18,375 nucleotides of DNA from an uncultured bacterium (GTDB lineage: Bacteria > CSSED10-310 > CAZUFC01), in NCBI GenBank assembly GCA_964619725.1, contig CAZUFC010000150.1, positions 1 through 18,375 on the forward strand. The letters are read 5' to 3'. The position numbers and the translations under genes were made by a program. Under the pieces are notes generated by a model. That model did no database searches and was not told the origin of the DNA. It worked only from the letters and a program-made list of their open reading frames with translations. Below are positions 8,130 to 16,408 of the stretch, one piece after another; positions within the stretch are counted from its first letter, which is position 1, and each line of letters starts with the position of its first letter.

Positions 8130-9944
8130 ATGAATCATTCTCATTCTCGGTTATCGCTTTTGTCACGAAGATTAATCCTCATACTGGTCCCTCTCGCAGC
8201 GCTGATTCTATCGCTGCCGGCGTTAAAGCTTGGTTTTTACATGGACGACCATACGCACAGGCTGCTTTTGCAGGATACGGACGTCATTCCTCACATGAAA
8301 TCGCCGCTGATGGACATGTTCGCATTCGTCGACGGGAAACCTGAGCATACGCGTATAATGCTGGAAGACGGGATACTGCCGTGGTGGTCCCTGCCGCACC
8401 TGCAACTGTCATTCTGGCGTCCCCTGTCCGTTATGACTCACATGCTGGATTATGCTTTATGGCCTGACAGTCCAATTCTCATGCATTTTCACAATATCGT
8501 ATGGTATGTGGTACTGATTATCCTGGTCACGCTGCTTTACCGGAGAATAATGGGACCGGTATGGACAGCGGGTCTGGCAGCATTTTTTTATGCCGTGGAC
8601 GAAACGCATTCCTGGCCCATCGGCTGGATAGCCAACCGTAATGCGCTGATCTCTGCAGGCCTGGGAGTTGTCGTATTACTCTTTTATGACCGTTACAGAA
8701 GAAAAAACTGGAAGCCGGGGGCCTGGCTGGTACCGGTTTTTCTCTTCCTGGGACTGCTTTCAGGCGAATCGACCATCGCAATTACGGCATATCTTTTCGG
8801 TTATGCGGTCTGCCTGGATTCGGGAAAACTTTTTTCCCGGGCGCTCAGGCTTCTGCCCTCCCTCATTGCCGTCGCCGCATGGTGGGCAATTTATCATGCA
8901 CTAGGCTTCGGCACATTCGGATCAGACGTTTACATCAACCCCCTCAATGAACCCTGGAGTTATCTGTCGGCGCTGCCCGAACGAGCCTCCGTCCTGCTGC
9001 TGAATCAATGGACGTTCACCGTTGCCGGCCTGGACATCGTTTTACCCGAAGAGAGTTACGGCTATATTCGCGTTGCCGCATTCCTTTTTCCGCTCCTCCT
9101 CCTTTTCCTTCTGCTTCCTCTGTGTAAACGAAGTAAAGTCTCCCGATTCTGGTGCATCGGTATGCTTCTGTCACTGCTGCCGGCCTGTTCGACATTTGCT
9201 CACGACCGGCTGCTGATTTTCAGCGGAATCGGCGCCCTGGCCCTGGCGGCTCAACTGATCGACGCCCTCATGAATAAACCCGGTATATTTCCCTTGTTGA
9301 AGGCGAAGAAAATATTGAGAAGACTTCTTGTCTGGGCAATAATAACCGTGCACGCGGTTATCGCTCCCGTCATGATGTGGGGCGGATTCATGAGCGTGCA
9401 CGGCATGAAAGCTCTTGTCGAAGGCGCATCAGAAACCGCCCCGCTCGATCCGTCCGTCACCGGCAGCCATTTTATACTGGTCAATCCCCCCATACCCTTT
9501 ATAGCCATGAACATCCCCGTCGTCAGAACCCTCAGAAAACAACCCCTTCCTCTCAGCATCAAAATCCTCGCATCAGGACATACCTCCGTTGAAATAACTC
9601 GATGGGATGCATACTCGGTTTCATTGCGTCCTGAATCCGGCTTTATTGCAGCTCCGCTGGACAGGATGCTCAGAAGCGAACAGCATCCCTTCCGCCCGGG
9701 ATGGAAAATCGAATTGCCTGCCGTGAACATCACGGTCCTCTCCACCTCAGAAGACGGCAGACCCGCGGAAGCGCTCTTCCGGTTCAATATGCCGCTCGAA
9801 GATCAATCATTCATATGGCTTCAATGGAAAAACAACGGGTATGAATCCTTTACGCCGCCTGAAATCGGACTGACAGTCGCATTGCCGCCGAATCCCGCTC
9901 ATTTGCTGTTCCTGAATGCAGTCGCCTATTCCCCGGGCGGTTGA
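8130..9944 (+). CDS. Polytopic membrane protein, probable GT-C-fold glycosyltransferase
   Basis: About 10-11 hydrophobic segments, FYMDD after TM1, WRPL loop motif, later WIANR, GES and DRLL segments, and a soluble C-terminal domain. The function is inferred. Confidence 0.7.
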   Translation: MNHSHSRLSLLSRRLILILVPLAALILSLPALKLGFYMDDHTHRLLLQDTDVIPHMKSPLMDMFAFVDGKPEHTRIMLEDGILPWWSLPHLQLSFWRPLSVMTHMLDYALWPDSPILMHFHNIVWYVVLIILVTLLYRRIMGPVWTAGLAAFFYAVDETHSWPIGWIANRNALISAGLGVVVLLFYDRYRRKNWKPGAWLVPVFLFLGLLSGESTIAITAYLFGYAVCLDSGKLFSRALRLLPSLIAVAAWWAIYHALGFGTFGSDVYINPLNEPWSYLSALPERASVLLLNQWTFTVAGLDIVLPEESYGYIRVAAFLFPLLLLFLLLPLCKRSKVSRFWCIGMLLSLLPACSTFAHDRLLIFSGIGALALAAQLIDALMNKPGIFPLLKAKKILRRLLVWAIITVHAVIAPVMMWGGFMSVHGMKALVEGASETAPLDPSVTGSHFILVNPPIPFIAMNIPVVRTLRKQPLPLSIKILASGHTSVEITRWDAYSVSLRPESGFIAAPLDRMLRSEQHPFRPGWKIELPAVNITVLSTSEDGRPAEALFRFNMPLEDQSFIWLQWKNNGYESFTPPEIGLTVALPPNPAHLLFLNAVAYSPGG

Positions 9945-10005
9945 TTTACTTGCGTTCAAGAACCGATAAAGTCAATCTGCATTGGGTTACAGACAGGAAT
10001 AAAAA

Positions 10006-10149
10006 GGCGTTGATCAAAAATGCATCTTTTGAGGTTTAAGTTCTTCAGAATATCCGATCATTCTGTTTCGATGGCGATACCGACGCCGATTGCTGAAACA
10101 AACTGTCAAAAGTTTCGAAAGAGGCGTAACTCCGGTTTGATCCCTCCCC
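10006..10149 (-). repeat. GGGACTGATCAAA repeat family, copy C (single arm)
   Basis: Reverse complement aligns with copies A and B; ends in gtaactccggtttgatccctcccc. Confidence 0.9.
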
Positions 10150-10244
10150 GAGTTTTTTAACGGGGGATTTATATAAGCCCATTTTCTTGTTGATTATTCT
10201 TTTAACCGGTTTTTTCTCAGACCGGAATTTTTTTTGAAAAAATT

Positions 10245-10272
10245 TGCAACAAAACCGGCTGCGCTTACGTCT
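10245..10272 (+). promoter_or_regulatory. ECF sigma-type promoter
   Basis: TGCAAC-N17-CGTCT fits the generic ECF pattern (AAC at -35, CGT at -10) and lies upstream of an anti-sigma operon. Confidence 0.7.
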
Positions 10273-10283
10273 TATGCACGACT

Positions 10284-10409
10284 ATGAAACGGGAACGCTT
10301 CAAAAAAGAGCAGAGGATGAAAAAAAATCGCAATGACAATCATGCCTTTTATTGCACGGGGAATCAGAAGTCCGCCCCTGCAATCGTCAGGAAGGGTGAT
10401 TTTTCATGA
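10284..10409 (+). CDS. Putative 41-aa small ORF coupled to the anti-sigma gene
   Basis: MKRERFKKEQRMKKNRNDNHAFYCTGNQKSAPAIVRKGDFS*; its TGA (10407-10409) overlaps ATG 10406 as ATGA. Confidence 0.35.
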   Translation: MKRERFKKEQRMKKNRNDNHAFYCTGNQKSAPAIVRKGDFS

Positions 10410-10969
10410 ATTGCTCAGGATATAAAGAAAAAATTCAGTCCTACCTGGAGGGAGATTTACCGGGAAAACAGGCTGAGAAGTTTAAAGCGCACATGCGGCA
10501 ATGCGGGGCTTGTCGAAATGAGTATGAAGATTACCGGATGATGATGAAATGCATGGGGAGCCTGGAGCTTCAAAAATGTCCGGCGCAGGTTGTTGACGAT
10601 GTTTACCGGGAAATTGAATCAAGGAATAAGGACCATAAGGTTAAAAACGGATTTTTGTCGCTGCTGGATTTTCCTTCTTTAACCATGCGGCAGGCTGCCG
10701 CCGTCGGAATGGCCGCCGTGCTGTTATTAACCTTAATCATTGCTTTTCCGGGTATCAAGGATCACTATTTCACCAATCCGCAATACTCGGATGAAGAAAT
10801 TCAGCAGGGCGTCAACCAGGTTAAAATGCTTCTGGGTTATATCAAGCATTTAAACCGGAAAACACAGGAAAAAATTGAACGGGAGGTGATGGATGAAGGG
10901 ATAGCGCATTCTCTTAATAATTCTGTGGAATCATTGGAAAATTACATTCTTGATAATAATGGAGGTTAA
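10406..10969 (+). CDS. Zinc-binding (zf-HC2) transmembrane anti-sigma factor
   Basis: MNC...YLEGDL...HMRQCGAC (HxxxCxxC), single TM AAAVGMAAVLLLTLIIAF, short helical C-terminus. Confidence 0.87.
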   Translation: MNCSGYKEKIQSYLEGDLPGKQAEKFKAHMRQCGACRNEYEDYRMMMKCMGSLELQKCPAQVVDDVYREIESRNKDHKVKNGFLSLLDFPSLTMRQAAAVGMAAVLLLTLIIAFPGIKDHYFTNPQYSDEEIQQGVNQVKMLLGYIKHLNRKTQEKIEREVMDEGIAHSLNNSVESLENYILDNNGG

Positions 10970-10971
10970 AA

Positions 10972-11574
10972 ATGAAAAGTTTGACGGTTTTATTGATACT
11001 GGCGATTGCCGGTGCAGCTTCCGCCGCTACTGCCGGCGACTATTCGGACCTTCCCGGATACGTGGATTTAAGCGACATGCAAGACTTCAAAGTTGAAGGG
11101 GAAGAAGTTGAAGTCTACATAACGAAACCTATGCTCAACATGATGTCTGCCGTGGTTGCCGGCGAAGATCAGGAATTGGGACAGTTCATGGAAGCTTTGA
11201 ACCTGATTCGCGTGGAACAATTTGAAATTGGCAGGGAGACTGCGGGAGTCATACGCAAAGCGATAGAGCAGAAAGGGGAAAAGCTGGCGGAACAGGGATG
11301 GGAAAAGATGGTTCGGGTGAAAGAGGAAGATGAAATAGTGGAAGTATACATCAAGCCAGTGGATGAAAAAATTGAAGGTTTGTGCGTCATGGTCCAGGAT
11401 TCTTCTGAAGTAGTATTTGTAAACATAGTCGGAACGATTGATATGAGTTTACTGGGCAAGTTAAGCGGTCAATTCAATATTCCCGCTGTGAATAATTTTG
11501 TTCCTGCCGGCAATGCGCCGGATGCGCCGCAGGAAGACGAACCGGAGGCTTCAGAACCTGCTTCCGAGGAATAG
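10972..11574 (+). CDS. DUF4252-like exported protein
   Basis: GGAGG SD, signal peptide, PGYVDL, GWEKMVRVKEEDEIVEVY, EVVFVNIVGTID, acidic tail. Confidence 0.85.
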   Translation: MKSLTVLLILAIAGAASAATAGDYSDLPGYVDLSDMQDFKVEGEEVEVYITKPMLNMMSAVVAGEDQELGQFMEALNLIRVEQFEIGRETAGVIRKAIEQKGEKLAEQGWEKMVRVKEEDEIVEVYIKPVDEKIEGLCVMVQDSSEVVFVNIVGTIDMSLLGKLSGQFNIPAVNNFVPAGNAPDAPQEDEPEASEPASEE

Positions 11575-11587
11575 AAAAGGTGTCATC

Positions 11588-12127
11588 ATGAAACCTTCAA
11601 GAGTAATTATTTTCATGTTTTTCCTGACCTGGGCAGCGCTTTCCTCCGGTTGCATCTTTTGCACTAACTTTGAAGGCGTGCAGGGCGTAATAGACGGAAT
11701 GACAAAAGACTGGGGCGTCAAGCCGGTCGTTAAGATTTGCATGGGGCCGCTGAGTTTAAACGCGATGGGAGCGGCAGCATTAAAAGCTGCATCTGAAGAA
11801 GAGGCTGCAGATTATTTGAAACACATATCGGGTATCCAATTGGGCGTCTATGAGTTAGGATCGGAGCTAATTTCGGAAAAATCCGGGATGATGTCTGTAA
11901 TTGAACGGGAATTGCTGGCTGATGACTGGGAACTGTTCATACGAGTTAAAGATAAGGATGAATTCGTCGTGATATATTTTCATGCTGAAACTGAAACAGA
12001 CGCGGCGCTTTATCTCGCGGTTCTCGACGGAACCGATATGGTGTTGGGAGAAATAAAGGGCAATCTGACGGCGTTGATGCAGGCAGCGCTGCAGAACCAG
12101 GAACTTGAAATCGGGGCGTTTGCTTAG
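11588..12127 (+). CDS. DUF4252-like lipoprotein
   Basis: ATG 11588 follows AAAGGT; lipobox-like AALSSGC; WELFIRVKDKDEFVVIY and MVLGEIKGNL parallel the upstream gene. Confidence 0.8.
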   Translation: MKPSRVIIFMFFLTWAALSSGCIFCTNFEGVQGVIDGMTKDWGVKPVVKICMGPLSLNAMGAAALKAASEEEAADYLKHISGIQLGVYELGSELISEKSGMMSVIERELLADDWELFIRVKDKDEFVVIYFHAETETDAALYLAVLDGTDMVLGEIKGNLTALMQAALQNQELEIGAFA

Positions 12128-12248
12128 GCAGCACGATTGCCGTTTCGATCGGAACACGACTGGCGCTTGTTTATGAGTAAATCCGCTGCCTTATGAATAC
12201 AAAGGTCGAATCAGGGAGAAGACTTTTGCTTAATTTAAGATACGCTTC

Positions 12249-12352
12249 AATGATCGGATGAAAACTTCCTACCTCCAATAAAGTTTACTTCGATCATTTA
12301 ACCGGCAATAGCATCGCCGCCCCGGAATTTCGGTGCGGCGATGCTTTTTTTT
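12249..12352 (+). ncRNA. Candidate small RNA (hairpin with C-rich loop plus terminator)
   Basis: AATGATCG/CGATCATT and AAACTT/AAGTTT stems enclose the loop CCTACCTCCAATA, followed by an intrinsic terminator. Confidence 0.4.
12310..12352 (+). terminator. Rho-independent terminator
   Basis: AGCATCGCCGC-c-CCG-gaattt-CGG-t-GCGGCGATGCT followed by a T run. Confidence 0.85.
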
Positions 12353-12375
12353 AATTTGTGTATGGGCCTTGATAC

Positions 12376-12426
12376 AAAGGGACAAAAGGACAAAGGGACC
12401 TAAGAGACCTAAGGGACAGAAGGGAC
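12376..12426 (+). repeat. Degenerate 8-9-mer tandem repeat (AGGGACNNA), about six units
   Basis: aagggaca aaaggacaa agggaccta agagaccta agggacaga agggac. Confidence 0.8.
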
Positions 12427-12504
12427 GCCTGGAATATAAGAACATTTGTATTAATGAAAACCGGCATCTGGAAATTAACCTTCTTAAAGAAGAAACTGAA
12501 TTTC

Positions 12505-12775
12505 TGGAGTGATCATAGCAGGGGGGCAATTTTCATGCAACATTTGACTGCTTGAAATCCCCTGTTTTTTTTCATCGAGGGCTGGTTGGTTCGATATCGG
12601 GGTGGGTATAAGAATACTTAGTAAGCCCAGCCCGCCTATTCTATGGCAGCACGACAGACGTCGAACTTTTCTTGACCAAAGCCCCTTTCGTTCCTTTCGA
12701 TCCCGATCCCGATTACTGAGGAAACAAAGTGTCAAAAGTTTTGAAAAAAGTGTAACCCCGGTTTGATCAGTCCCC
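12505..12775. mobile_element. Two-ended copy D of the GGGACTGATCAAA family (MITE-like; left end decayed)
   Basis: Left part ggagtgatca...ttgaaatcccctgttttttttcatcgag matches 17996-18073; right end gtaaccccggtttgatcagtccc is intact; internal atcgggg and cccgatcccgat hexamers face each other. Confidence 0.75.
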
Positions 12776-12799
12776 ATTCTCCTTCATCCGGTATCCAGT

Positions 12800-13990
12800 T
12801 TAGAAGGCTTCGCGATTTTGAAAATAGGGATATACTCCGTATTCGCTGAATCCTATATCCAGGCGAAGATTAATCCTTTTTTCTTTATCCAGGGCATAAC
12901 GCAAACCGAATCCGTATGAACTTTTCAAATCGCTGAATTTAAAATCGCGGGTGTCCTGGAAAACGTTTCCGGTACCCGCGAAAAGAACTCCTGAGAATCT
13001 TCCCCGGATAAAGAACCTGTATTCCATTTGGAGGGAATACAGCACATGGTCCCGGAAACGGTCCGCTTCAATGCCCCGCAACCTGTCGCCTACTTTGGGC
13101 ATATCGAAGAAAGGGGTTTCCTGAACGGATGTACAGGCTCCGTAAAGTTGTATGCCTAACGTCTGTCCTGCCGTTAACGGTAAAAAACGCCTTAAATCCG
13201 CCTCATAATTCTCATAGTTATAATCGCTTCCGAATGCCTCTCGATAATAATATGCGGAAAAGCGATACCAGCCTCCGGACAAAGTGAAGAATGCATTGTC
13301 ACGGGTATCCCAGTCAATTATGAAACCCATGCCGACCCTTTGTCCGCCTTCTATGCCCGGCGGCGAATCCTGTATTAGTTTTCCATCTTTTTCCATATCC
13401 TTCAGATTCAGTTTATCCCAGTCTAATCCGAAACCTATGCGAGCCTGCCTGTATATCATTCGCAGTATCACGGGATTGAACCTGTATTCCTCTTCCGCGT
13501 ATGTTTCTTCATCTTCTTCCCGTGTTGAATCGCCGATACCGTAATACGACGTTGGAAAATTTTTGTAGAACAGTCCGATTACCGTTTCTGTGCGACCCTG
13601 GTTAAAATAAAAATCGGGAATCAAAAGGAAAATCGACTGTGACTTCAGCGTATAAGAAGCGACTATATTGATGTTGTCAATGCGCTCGATCTCGCCTTCG
13701 CTTTTTCCGGTCATTATTAAAGCTCCGCCCATACCGAGACTGGTCTCCGGCGTATAAAAAACCACGGGAAAGAAAAAAGAATCCCAGTCGGATTCCTCCC
13801 TTCCTGATAAGGCGTTATCAGTATTCGCTCCCTTTCCGCTTTTACTGAGGGAAGTCGCCCTTCCGCACGCATCCTCAACATCCGTTTCATCGGAGGGCGA
13901 AATTTCAGCATTTGAATCGCTGCCGTCGCTGCACAGAATGGTATGAAAATTCAAAAAAATCAGAAATAGAACCAGGAAAACTTTCTTCAT
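12800..13990 (-). CDS. Omp85 (BamA/TamA-like) outer-membrane beta-barrel protein without POTRA domains
   Basis: Signal peptide, PVVFYTPETSLGMG, WDTRDNAFF..SG, LRG...RFRD, YGFGLRY, NLRLDIG and terminal Phe; 396 aa leaves no room for POTRA repeats. Confidence 0.88.
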   Translation of the reverse strand: MKKVFLVLFLIFLNFHTILCSDGSDSNAEISPSDETDVEDACGRATSLSKSGKGANTDNALSGREESDWDSFFFPVVFYTPETSLGMGGALIMTGKSEGEIERIDNINIVASYTLKSQSIFLLIPDFYFNQGRTETVIGLFYKNFPTSYYGIGDSTREEDEETYAEEEYRFNPVILRMIYRQARIGFGLDWDKLNLKDMEKDGKLIQDSPPGIEGGQRVGMGFIIDWDTRDNAFFTLSGGWYRFSAYYYREAFGSDYNYENYEADLRRFLPLTAGQTLGIQLYGACTSVQETPFFDMPKVGDRLRGIEADRFRDHVLYSLQMEYRFFIRGRFSGVLFAGTGNVFQDTRDFKFSDLKSSYGFGLRYALDKEKRINLRLDIGFSEYGVYPYFQNREAF

Positions 13991-14051
13991 TCAACTGACC
14001 CCGATGATATGACAACAGATGTCCCGCCGAAAAAAAAGCGCCGGACAATCT

Positions 14052-14081
14052 CCTATACTGGAATGACCGCGAAATTGTCAA
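14052..14081 (-). promoter_or_regulatory. Possible sigma70 promoter of the Omp85-like gene
   Basis: Minus strand TTGACA-N18-TATAGG. Confidence 0.35.
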
Positions 14082-14282
14082 ATTTTGCGCCTTTTCCTTT
14101 TAATCCGCTGGTTTGCGGAGGGGTCAGAGCCCTGCGCAAAACATGGATGTATAAACGATTTTTGCGTTTTACTGGTGCGCAGGAGCAAAAGGAATTATAA
14201 TTTGACATGGAGGAGCAATGGGAAGTGAGTATAAACCGTTAATTTTTGCATTTTATATTTTTATATTTGAGGAGAAGGGGCA

Positions 14283-16220
14283 ATGAATCATAGAAAACTG
14301 GCGGGTATTTTCACAGTTTTTTTGTTAGTGGTTCCGGCGCTGCCGAATTTCATAGCGCGTGCGGAGAATTCTGATTTTTCTGTTTCGATGGCTGTTGATA
14401 TGCGGAGTTATTCAGGGCCGGGATATTATGATGAACCGGAGTATTTTCGGGGCGTCTGCGAAGCTATAGGGGAACTCGGAGCGGGAGAATTTATGTTGAG
14501 TCCGGGGGATATAGACCCTCCTGCGGATGTGTATTGGACGATACAGAAATACATCGGTTCGGATTACTTGTGGTATCCCGGGGTGGGCAATCATGAGGCT
14601 GAGACGCCTTCGGATATGGCATGGCTGCGCAATTTCAATCCGGACGGTGATTCTTTACCCTATATCGTGAACGCCGGTCCGGCGGGATGTGAAGAAACGA
14701 CCTATTCATTTGATTTTGGGAACACTCATTTCATTCAGATAAATGAATATTACGATGGGGAGAGCGATACGGGGACATACGGCGATGTAACGGATGCCTT
14801 GTATAACTGGCTGGAGGCGGACCTTCAGAGCACACTTAAGGAACATATCATCGTGCTGGGTCATGAACCGGCCTGGCCACAGCCTGACCGGGATTCAGGC
14901 CGAATGCGTCACCTGGGCGACAGCCTGGACCAGTATCCGGACAACCGGGATCGATTCTGGGTCCTGCTCCGTGAATATAACGTCGCCGCTTACTTGTGCG
15001 GGCATACTCATAATTTCAGCGCGGTCAATATCGACGGAGTCTGGCAAATTGACGGAGGTCACAGCAGGGGCATCGGCGATACTGGTTCCTTGAGCACATT
15101 TCTTTTTCTCGACTTTGAAAACGATCTCATCAGATATCGAACATACCGGGGAGTCGGAACGGCCGGCGAATATTCGTTATACTACAGCGAAATAATTGAT
15201 TCTGCGGACTCGATTACCCACAGTTTTCAGGACGGCAGATATCCCTCTTACGCTTACCAGGGAACGGAGGACACCTATCTTGATCAGGGAGGACCCCATG
15301 GATCGGATACGCCGTTGATCGTCGACGGAGACCCCGATTCTGCAGCTTTGATTAAATGGGACTTATCGGAGATATCTCAACCTTTTACCGCGGATAAAGC
15401 CTGGATCGTCCTCAACGTTAATAATTCAAGCATAGATTCCTATGAAATATATGAACTCAAAAAAAACTGGATCGAACAAGAAGCCGATTGGAATCAATAT
15501 GCGGACGGGCATGACTGGGAGGAACCTGGAGCCGGCGGTCCCGGCGATCATGGTTCAACAGCATTGGGCGACATTTCAGCCAATCACCAGGGAATGTACA
15601 TCACCCGTTTGAACCAGAATGGAATAGCTTTGATCAATTCATGGATAGAAAATCCTTCGACTAATTATGGAATAATTCTAGTCGACTATGCCGAGGGCGA
15701 TTCAGTCCAGTGTGACTCCAGTGAATATGAAACGCCGGCCTATCGCCCCAAGCTGACCATACAAGGTTACCCTTCGATTCCGACGATTACGCCGACGACT
15801 GAACCTGAGCCGTCGGTCACGCCGACTTTCGTCGCTTCACCGACGCCGGCTGACGAACAAACGGGAGTCGATATATGGATGAACAAACATGAATATCGTC
15901 CGGGCGACTCCTGCGGATGCTGGGCCATGGTCTCAAATTTTGAAGGAGCAACGCTGCATGGATATCATCTTTTCGCTATTCTGGACATCTTCGGAATATT
16001 TTTTTACGGACCGGATTTTACTGAAATCCCTATGTCATATCTTGAGGAATTCCCCCTCTTTTTGCCGGGGAATACCCTGATAACCATCCTTTCCCCCTTC
16101 GAATGGCCCGCGGATACCGGACAGGCTCAAGGCATAAGATGGATAGCCGGTCTTACCGATCCGGAAATGACCCGCCTTTTGGGAAATCATGGCGCCTGGG
16201 AGTTCGGGTGGACCGAATAA
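14283..16220 (+). CDS. Exported metallophosphoesterase with DNRLRE-like domain, Pro/Thr linker and unassigned C-terminal domain
   Basis: Signal peptide; VDMR, PGDID, GNHE, GHE, GHTH metal motifs; EDTYL...LIKWDLS...W.EPGA...NYGIIL...SSE....RPKL (DNRLRE-like); PTITPTTEPEPSVTPT linker. Confidence 0.88.
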   Translation: MNHRKLAGIFTVFLLVVPALPNFIARAENSDFSVSMAVDMRSYSGPGYYDEPEYFRGVCEAIGELGAGEFMLSPGDIDPPADVYWTIQKYIGSDYLWYPGVGNHEAETPSDMAWLRNFNPDGDSLPYIVNAGPAGCEETTYSFDFGNTHFIQINEYYDGESDTGTYGDVTDALYNWLEADLQSTLKEHIIVLGHEPAWPQPDRDSGRMRHLGDSLDQYPDNRDRFWVLLREYNVAAYLCGHTHNFSAVNIDGVWQIDGGHSRGIGDTGSLSTFLFLDFENDLIRYRTYRGVGTAGEYSLYYSEIIDSADSITHSFQDGRYPSYAYQGTEDTYLDQGGPHGSDTPLIVDGDPDSAALIKWDLSEISQPFTADKAWIVLNVNNSSIDSYEIYELKKNWIEQEADWNQYADGHDWEEPGAGGPGDHGSTALGDISANHQGMYITRLNQNGIALINSWIENPSTNYGIILVDYAEGDSVQCDSSEYETPAYRPKLTIQGYPSIPTITPTTEPEPSVTPTFVASPTPADEQTGVDIWMNKHEYRPGDSCGCWAMVSNFEGATLHGYHLFAILDIFGIFFYGPDFTEIPMSYLEEFPLFLPGNTLITILSPFEWPADTGQAQGIRWIAGLTDPEMTRLLGNHGAWEFGWTE

Positions 16221-16229
16221 GGACGGGCG

Positions 16230-16292
16230 GCGGACGAAGCGGACATAGCGGACCTGGCGGACATAGCGGTCATAGCGGGCGGTGCGGCCCTG
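16230..16292 (+). repeat. 9-mer tandem repeat, seven units of consensus GCGGACATA
   Basis: GCGGACGAA GCGGACATA GCGGACCTG GCGGACATA GCGGTCATA GCGGGCGGT GCGGCCCTG. Confidence 0.85.
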
Positions 16293-16408
16293 GCAGAGAG
16301 ACGGCAGTTTAATTTGATGGGCAACTATTAACGAGAAGGCTATGAGAAATCCGGTTCAGTGCAGGGCTCTGCCCTCTGCTTGATGTGAGTTAATCGTTTA
16401 ATAATTTT

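Noticed and set aside
11498-11587. N-terminal extension of the second DUF4252-like ORF
   Set aside because: It overlaps the upstream gene; the lipoprotein signal begins at 11588.
12484-12777. ORFs 12484-12777, 17942-18136 and 18184-18366 sharing peptides such as GTDQ.GVT..SKLLT and ALDEKK
   Set aside because: The similarity comes from the non-coding repeat family; frames are not preserved across copies.
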